Assembly: GCA_965649765.1 (NCBI GenBank)
Contig: OZ287756.1
Span: forward strand, 37,510,001 to 37,574,000
DNA length: 64,000 nt
From: Bispira polyomma
Lineage: Eukaryota
Direction: 5' to 3'
Shown: positions 55,212-64,000 of the stretch, piece after piece
Position numbering within the stretch: the first letter of the stretch is position 1
How the letters are laid out: the number at the start of each line of letters is the position of its first letter
Program-made: the position numbers and the translations under genes
The notes under the pieces: model-generated
Database searches by the model: none
The model's input: only the letters and a program-made list of their open reading frames with translations
What the model was told of the DNA's origin: nothing

Positions 55212-56293
55212 TTCCATGTACACACTTGATCCTTGACTTACATGTACACACTTGACCCTTGACTTACATGTACACACTTGACCCTTGACTTCCATGTACA
55301 CTCTTGACCCTTGGCTTACATGTACACACTTAACTCTTGGCTTACATGTACACACTTGACCCTTGACTTACATGTACACACTTGACCCTTGACCCTTGAC
55401 TTACATGTACATACTTAACCCTTGACTTCCATGTACACACTTGATCCTTGACTTAGATGTACACACTTGACCCTTGACTTACATGTACACATTCGACCCT
55501 TGACTTACATGTACACACTTGACTTGACTTACATGTACACACTTGACCCTTGACTTACATGTACACACTTGACCCTTGACTTACATGTACACACTTGACC
55601 CTTGACTTCCATGTACACTCTTGACCCTTGGCTTACATGTACACACTTAACTCTTGGCTTACATGTACACACTTGACCCTTGACTTACATGTACACACTT
55701 GACCCTTGACTTACATGTACATACTTAACCCTTGACTTCCATGTACACACTTGATCCTTGACTTAGATGTACACACTTGACCCTTGACTTACATGTACAC
55801 ATTCGACCCTTGACTTACATGTACACACTTGACTTGACTTACATGTACACACTTGACCCTTGACTTACATGTACACACTTAACCCTTGACTTCCATGTAC
55901 ACACTTGATCCTTGACTTAGATGTACACACTTGACCCTTGACTTACATGTACACACTCGACCCTTGACTTACATGTACACACTCGACCCTTGACTTACAT
56001 GTACACACTTCACCCTTGACTTACATGTACACACTTCACCCTTGACTTACATGTACACACTTGACCCTCGGCTTCCATACTTCCATGTGCACTCTTGACC
56101 CTTGGCTTACATGTACACACTTAACTCTTGGCTTACATGTACACACTTAACCCTTGACTTACATGTACACACTTGACCCTTGACTTCCATGTACACACTT
56201 AACCCTTGGCTTACATGTACACAATTGACCCTTGACTTATATGTACACACTTAACCCTTGGCTTATATGCTTACATGTACACACTTAACCCTC
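55212..56293. repeat. Minisatellite, 26 bp x ~41, with ~310-bp higher-order duplication
   Basis: Unit tgacttacatgtacacacttgaccct; diagnostic variant attcgaccct..gacttgactt at 55491 and 55801. Confidence 0.95.
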
Positions 56294-57767
56294 AGAGATT
56301 ACCCTGTCAACAGGTCACCATGGTTACCATGTTCTTCCACTATAACCCCCCATCTTCATGGGAAAGCATGACAATAAGCATTGGCATTATCATGCAAAAA
56401 TCGCTAAAGAAAATATTCCATCTGTTGATATGGTTAAAATGTATAGTTCAAGAAAAAATTAGGATTTATCCACAAATTCAGGGGTGTGCCACCAAAAAGT
56501 TTAATACTATTAATTTGGAATGCCTTTCCACCAATCATCATGACTTTTGATAACAATTAGAAATAAAACTCAACAAAGACTTTTGAAGATTAATGATTCC
56601 TGATGCCATTTTATCGGGTAAATAGCACATAACACAACTATGTATATTATCTTTGATTACATAAGTCAACATATATATCATGATTTTTCATTAAAAAAGC
56701 ATTTGTTTAATTAATAAGAAACTACAGCGTGATGTTAGGAGTTTGAGATGAACTAGAGTGTAGTAAGTATAGCATTGTCCACAGCCAGTGTTCTGTAGAT
56801 AAGAAGTAGTTCATAAAAAGAACCAGCCCATCTGGCAAGGAATAGATCAGTCCACAGTAGCCGTCACAACCAAGCAAGAGGTCTACATTTTATCCTGATG
56901 AATGATACATCCTGGCTTCCACCAAGCTTTCACCCCTGCCTTGCAGCGGGCGGTGAAAATTAGATAATTCAAAGTTTTCAGTGCCAATTAACCCCATCTC
57001 CTGATGAGAGAACCATCCTTCTTCCTTGGGTGATGTGTGGCTACTGCTCACAGCCTCCTAGCTTCCACTGCAGCAAGAGACAATCTGTGAACCATGACTT
57101 GCTCTCTACCAATTATCACCACCAACTCCACTAAATACTGTTTTATCCAAGGCTCAATTCTCACATCACCCTCATTTTCTCAGCATAAAATGACTAAACC
57201 TGCAAAACTTAAAAGGAGCTTGATAAAGCACAACTGGTATAAATTAAGTGACTACAGGCACTAATACAGTGTAACAAGTAAAAATGGTTGAAAACGATGC
57301 ATTTAAGGGTGCAACAAGATATTGAAAACTTAATATATCCCAATATGTTTATGCAAATATAATACTTACATTACAATACAAAATTGGAAAAGCAATACGT
57401 ATTGAATACATAATTTTTACATAAAATCTTTGAATATTGATCACATCTTGGTATTTTAAAAATAAAGTGTGAGGGCATACAGCTATATGTCAGCAACATA
57501 ATCAGAAATAAAGCAATGCGTGCAGTGAACACTGAATCTATTAAATATTACTAAAATTTTCATAATTGTCAGTTTCTTTCTTTAAAGATTTTTTTCTGTA
57601 CAAGCTTTTGTGCATGGGCAGAAACTTGTTTGACTTTGATTGTTGCAAAAGTATTATTATAAAATATATTGCAATATGTATTGTGATTTGTAAATATGAC
57701 TGGAATATCGCTATATATTGCAATACAATTTTCAGGCACAATACACCCCAGCATAGGGTGAAGTAGT

Positions 57768-58398
57768 TGTACACTGAACAAGTAGCGACACATGACACCC
57801 TCACCCGAGTAGAGAGTGGTGGGGTATACATTGTACACTGAACAAGTGGGGACACATGACACCCTCACCCGAGTAGAGTGGTGGGGTATACATTGTACAC
57901 TGAACAAGTGGGGACACATGACGCCCCCACCCGAGTAGAGTGGTGGGGTATACATTGTACACTGAACAAGTGGGGACACATGACGCCCTCATCCGAGTAG
58001 AGTGTGGTGGGGTATACATTGTACACTGAACAAGTGGGGACACATGACGCCCTCATCCGAGTAGAGTGTGGTGGGGTATACATTGTACACTTAACAAGTG
58101 GGGACACATGACGCCCCCACCCGAGTAGAGTGTGGTGGGGTATAAATTGTACACTGAACAAGTGGGGACACATGACGCCCCCACCCGAGTAGAGTGGTGG
58201 GGTATACATTGTACACTTAACAAGTGGGGACACCTGACGCCCTCATCCGAGTAGAGTGTGGTGGGGTATACATTGTACACTGAACAAGTGGGGACACATG
58301 ACGCCCTCATCCAAGTAGAGTGTGGTGGGGTATACATTGTACACTGAACAAGTGGGGACACATGACGCCCTCATCCGAGTGGTGGGGTATACATTGTA
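57768..58398. repeat. Minisatellite, 62-64 bp x ~10
   Basis: tgtacactgaacaagtggggacacatgacgccctcatccgagtagagtgtggtggggtatacat. Confidence 0.95.
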
Positions 58399-58545
58399 AC
58401 AAAATTTGATACAATGAACAGTTTGAAAAGAGAAGATTCTAGGGTAGAAAGTAAACCATAGTAAGTACTCATAGTAAGCAAGTCATAATAAGTAAAAATC
58501 TGCATGTGCAGGTGTCAATAGGATGGATATGTAATTTATAATGAT

Positions 58546-58918
58546 CAGGACTGGTATTCACAAAGATTCTTATTCTTAGAATTACTATTATTCTCAGAAT
58601 TTTCTTAAAAATTTTCTTAATCTAAGAATTTTTCCTTAAAATTCTAAGAATAAACATTTTCACATTTGTTGTTTTTTTATTCTTAGATGTTTTTAAAGAA
58701 TAAAAACCCACAAAGTTGCTAATTTTTGTACCATTCTTAGATTTTAGCCTCATTTAAATTTAATCTTAATAAATTCTAAGAATAGGAATAGAACAAATTT
58801 GAAAATTGTTATTCTTAGAATTTGTCTCAGAAATTTCTCAGTCTAAGAATAATTCTAAGAAAATTTCTAAGAATAACTGTAATTCTAAGAATAAGAATCT
58901 TTGTGAATACGGCCCCAG
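58546..58918. mobile_element. MITE, ~373 bp, built of TTCTAAGAA motifs
   Basis: TIR gtattcacaaagattcttattcttagaatta / taattctaagaataagaatctttgtgaatac. Confidence 0.85.
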
Positions 58919-61900
58919 TACTTTATTACATTACAGAAAAAGTAATAATATTACAGATACATAACTCTATGAGGATATATTAAACAAAATACGGTCACTT
59001 TTTGTCTTCCGTCGCCTCTGATGGCAGGCATATTGGTTTAAAAACAAATTCAAAATATAAAATTTTATTGCCCAACTATGGTTTACATTTAGGCCAAAAA
59101 TAAGAGAAATCTAACCCGTAGTGGCTGAGCTTATCATACCCAACATGCTCTAAATAGTCAATTTTTGCCTTTAATCGCCTCCTACAGCAGCCATGTTGGA
59201 TTTTTTCAAATTTTGAAATATGTGGTTTTTATGAGTTAAAGAAAGACCAAATTAAAATAAATCTACCCCATTGGATGCAAGCCTCACACACCTTAGAACA
59301 GACGTATCTTATAACCCACCAGATTTCTTTCGAAATTGCCGGGGTGCAAGAAGAGTTATTCATTTACATCCAATATTGAATATCTGTACTAAATATAGGT
59401 AACAGACACAATGATTTTTAGGGCAAGGTCAAAATGAGGTCAGATCAGGATGTGTCTAATGAATATAGTATATTATATAGAAAATATCTTTATATGTACA
59501 AAACATGAAGATCTTGTGCCATATAGTTGCTGACATAGTTTTGAAATGATTGTTCAGATCAAGGTTATCAAGTCTAAAGTCAAATTGTGGTCAGAGCTGT
59601 TGTACCTCTGAAGCCCCTACTGAATATTTGTAAATAGATTAAAGTTTCTGTGAGAGGTACTTATTGAGAAATTGTCTGGAAAATAATTTTTTAGGTCAAA
59701 GTCAAAACTACAAGATCAAAATGAGGCCACACAATGACCATGCACAACCATTCTCCCCCCAAAATATTTGTACCACTACCCAGTGACAAGTAGGAAGTAG
59801 TTACAGTGCACACAATCATTTTAGGTCAAGGGTCAAAATGAGATTATGTTGGACATCTAAATTGCCCAGTGAATATGCGTACTAAATCTGATCTTCCTGT
59901 GACCCACTCGACACAGGGAACAACAAGACCCTGACAACCATTAATGGCTAAAAAGTATACTCCAAAATGCTACTTTTAACCCTTAACATTAAAGTATTCT
60001 TCAATCTTGATATTTGTTCAATACTAAACTCCAAAGATTCTTCACATTGGTTCTCCCAGCTCTCTCTAATAAAGTACTTTAACAGATATCGGTATGCACA
60101 GGTGTTTACAAGTCTTACCTCCCTTTACTTACTACTGCCTCCGGACTTCTCTCTTAAAACTGATTTTTTCGAAATTCTGGAATTCTTTGGATATAGTTTA
60201 TTCCACAAAATTTTTAAAGCAGAAGTATTCTTTTGTTAAAGTAAATCACAGACATATAAACTGCATTTTACCAAATCTTCTGCAAGTATTTCTAATTTAA
60301 AATACAGATATACCAAAAATATTTCTTATGTGAGCAGAATTTAAAAAATAATCTCAAATTTTCTACTGACAAAATACTACAGTTCTTATTAGTTGCAAAA
60401 ACAAAGCAGTTTCCACTGCACTTCAATTTTTGATTTCGCACAAACTCGTATTCAAAATATTCAGTGTGCTGTCACATACAGAAGCCATATTTCAGATGCG
60501 AGTTCAGCTCTTCGTCATGATTAAAATATTTAATTAATTTCTAGTTTACTAATTCAATAAAGAGGTCATTTTCACTCTAGGATTTACATTGGTCTTATGC
60601 TTAATGCTAGTTTAAACTTTTTCTTAACTTTTTCGAAACCTAGCCAAGACTTTAGTCTGAGACTTATCACAAAGCATTTAACACCGGTCTTTTAGAGCAG
60701 CAGTAGGCTTAACTTTACAATGAAGGCTTGGTTAACTTGTTTTATTAGTTGAAACTATTATTTATACAGTGTGTTGTGTTAAAGGTGATAAATTTAAGTT
60801 TGACTATTTGACTATTGTAGTATTTACCTAGTTCACTCTATTATCAGATAATTGTTTGTGCAAAAAATTTTTTAAAGGACTTTACTCTAAATTAATTTTT
60901 TTTCTACTGTTAATTATATTTCTATACTTAATGCAAGGATTCAAAGATTCCACCAGGGTAAAGTGAAGGTGTGGGGTGGGGGGCTGTGGCTCACCATATG
61001 GTTGTCTTTGGTTTCAAATCTGAACATGAAGAGAAATAACAAAGCAGGGTTACAATTACAGCTAGTGGGGGCCAACCATGGTTATTACCTCATGGTGTCT
61101 GGTTCAGCCATGATCATCAGGTTGCTCTAGGGTTGTACTTTTGATTCTCTAGGGCCAGTCACCACTATATATGGTTGTCTTTGGTTTCAAATCTGTAATA
61201 AACTGGGATTTGGACCAGTGATAGTGGGTTAGACATGCTATGATGCACACAAGGCCGCCCAGTAAACAAAATTGTGTGCGCTAGAAAACAATATGCAGCA
61301 TAATTCCAGACTGTGGTAGGAAAATTTTATTTTCCAATATTTATTGTACATGAACAGAAATAAGAAAGCGGTTAAAAACAATGCAGCTGAACTTCACATG
61401 GTAGCCTCTTAGAAAGAGTGTTGTGAGACAAACATTATTACATCTGATGTTCTGGAGATTGGGATGGATTTCTTATTTCTGCACACAGAAGCAGTGTGCT
61501 AAAAATGTACCAGAAAACATTTTCCAATGAAAGTAGAATTCTCACACTTGGAATTTAAAAAGAGTTTTTAGTATGACTTATATACATTGTACACAGATCA
61601 GTTTGTGGGTGGTGCTACCTAACCAGCTGTTGACCAGTAGTTATTAGAAAAGTTACAAATACATGTACACCATTATATACCTATATGCTTTATTTAAAAA
61701 GATGAATTGGTAAATATACTTTTTAAAAGCTTATATGTCCTTAGAACTTGTTTGAAGTTTAATAAACCTGAAATGTTTTATAGGAGCATGCTTTGATAAA
61801 CTTCTGACATTTGTAATACAATTTATATAATAGCTTATAATCACCATCAACATTACTATATTTGTAACTTTAGATCTATGTTTAGAATTTCATTTACAGT

Positions 61901-62153
61901 CTCTTTAAACTGACTGGCAGGCAATTCTAGGCCTGATGCCTTATCAAATTGGTTGTATTGAATTGCTTCAGCAGTACCAGTTTGACTTTTATTCTAAAAA
62001 TAATATTGTAAATATGGGTACAAATGGGACATGAAGAAGATCATCCAATAAGTCAAACTGGAGGATTAGGTTTTGAGAAATTGATGAAGACAAACACAAT
62101 TGGACAACAACTAAATTGTACGATGACATTATGCAAAAAAAGAGTTCACAGTA

Positions 62154-63330
62154 CATTTGTCCAGTAGTAGCCTGACCCTATACACCCATTTGTCCAGTAG
62201 TAGCCTGACCCTATACACCCATTTGTCTAGTAGTAGCCTGACCCTATACACCCATTTGTCCAGCAGTAGCCTGACCCTATACACCCATTTGTCCAGCAGT
62301 AGACTGACCCTATACACCCATTTGTCCAGTAGTAGACTGACCCTATACACCCATTTGTCTAGTAGTAGCCTGACCCTATACACCCATTTGTCCAGCAGTA
62401 GCCTGACCCTATACACCCATTTGTCCAGTAGTAGACTGACCCTATTTGTCCAGTAGTAATCTGACCCTATTTATCCAGTAGTAGCCTGACCCTATACAAC
62501 CATTTGTCCAGTAGTAGGCTGACCCTATACACCCATTTGTCCAGTAGGTAGCTTGACCCTATACACCCATTTGTCCAGTAGGTAGCTTGACCCTATACAC
62601 CCATTTGTCCAGTAGGTAGCTTGACCCTATACACCCATTTGTCTAGTAGGTAGCTTGACCCTATACATTCATTTTTCCAGTAGTAGCCTGACCCTATACA
62701 CCCATTTGTCCAGTAGTAGCCTGACCCTATACACCCATTTGTTCAGTAGTAGCCTGACCCTATACACCCATTTGTCCAGTAGTAGCCTGACCCTATACAC
62801 CCATTTGTCCAGTAGGTAGCTTGACCCTATACACCCATTTGTCCAGTAGGTAGCTTGACCCTATACACCCATTTGTCTAGTAGGTAGCTTGACCCTATAC
62901 ATTCATTTTTCCAGTAGTAGCCTGACCCTATACACCCATTTGTCCAGTAGTAGCCTGACCCTATACACCCATTTGTCCAGCAGTAGCCTGACCCTATACA
63001 CCCATTTGTCCAGTAGTAGACTGACCCTATACACCCATTTGTCCAGTAGTAGACTGACCCTATACACCCATTTGTCCAGTAGTAGCCTGACCCTATACAC
63101 CCATTTGTCTAGTAGTAGATTGACCCTATACACCCATTTGTCCAGTAGTAGACTGACCCTATTTGTCCAGTAGTAATCTGACCCTATTTATCCAGTAGTA
63201 GCCTGACCCTATACACCCATTTGTCCAGTAGTAGCCTGACCCTATACACCCATTTGTCCAGTAGGTAGCTTGACCCTATACACCCATTTGTCCAGTAGGT
63301 AGCTTGACCCTATACACCCATTTGTCCAGT
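62154..63330. repeat. Minisatellite, 33/34 bp x ~36, with higher-order block duplication
   Basis: Unit catttgtccagtagtagcctgaccctatacacc; truncated-unit signature repeated near 62440 and 63160. Confidence 0.95.
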
Positions 63331-63529
63331 AAAGGATGGACTTCCTACAATCCAAAGCCTTATATGCTGGAGTAATGTTAACGTTTTTACTTCTATAGCA
63401 CCACAATCGATGACAAGGCATCCCCTGTTGGGCACATCCCAGTTAATATACAAAATGGTCCAATAGGAGAGAAGGTTTGTGATATTATTTACCTATTAAC
63501 ATAATAACGGTATATGAATGTTTGATACA

Positions 63530-63935
63530 CACTGACCTGTCCACTATGACCTGTCCACAGTGACACATATTAACCTGTCCACTATAACAGTGACACACAT
63601 TGACCTGTCCACTATAACAGTGACACACATTGACCTGTCCACTATAACAATGACACATATTGACCTGTCCACTATAACCGTAACTATCAGGTTGACAACA
63701 CATACACTGACCTGTCCACTATAACCGTAACTATCAGGTTAACAACACACACACTGACCTGTCCACTATAACCGTAACTATCAGGTTAACATCATACACA
63801 CTGACCTGTCCACTATAACCGTAACTATCAGGTTGACAACATACACACTGACCTGTCCACTATAACCATAACTATCAGGTTGACAACACACACACTGACC
63901 TGTCCACTATAACCGTAACTATCAGGTTAATAACA
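63530..63935. repeat. Compound minisatellite (30-bp units, then 45-47-bp units)
   Basis: Shared core tgacctgtccactataac. Confidence 0.9.
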
Positions 63936-64000
63936 CACCCCGTGCATGAATTTGAAAAGAATCAGGTTCATTTAAAAGTCTTTATAATTTGTTAAAAACT

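Noticed and set aside
57541-58361. Cys-rich repeated ORFs resembling metal-binding repeats
   Set aside because: The 62/64-bp units shift frame each copy; minisatellite artefact.
62129-63173. 11-aa periodic ORFs on both strands
   Set aside because: 33/34-bp minisatellite with frameshifting units.

Overview
AT-rich, CpG-depleted eukaryotic genomic DNA from an invertebrate. The SINE/MITE/L2 repertoire suggests a mollusc or other lophotrochozoan (inference). The window appears to lie within the 5' half of one large minus-strand gene of the SynGAP/DAB2IP/RASAL2 (nGAP; Drosophila raskol) RasGAP family. Three small phase-compatible exons (31260-31189, 9827-9721, 1603-1482) splice to give ...DDAEPHMKSRSLDQRKSLHCTSAR-D-SAYEKSGLGERRSSVPAVSSLSTHVSVDNGQSKLT-SFFTRKVKSNLKRTKSVNKLDRRK..., which contains the family's FF..K..LKRTKSxxKLDR motif. 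A 335-codon ORF (2485-1478) looks like a long alternative first exon that runs through the internal acceptor at 1603. The rest is intron: at least 10 MITEs (several with TWA or TA target duplications), decayed L2 and Tx1/L1 LINE fragments, tRNA-derived SINEs and about 12 minisatellites. Most short ORFs in the track are artefacts of these repeats. I see no prokaryote-style novel system. The most unusual feature is a 33-bp minisatellite made of seven in-frame, stop-free copies of the gene's own splice acceptor.
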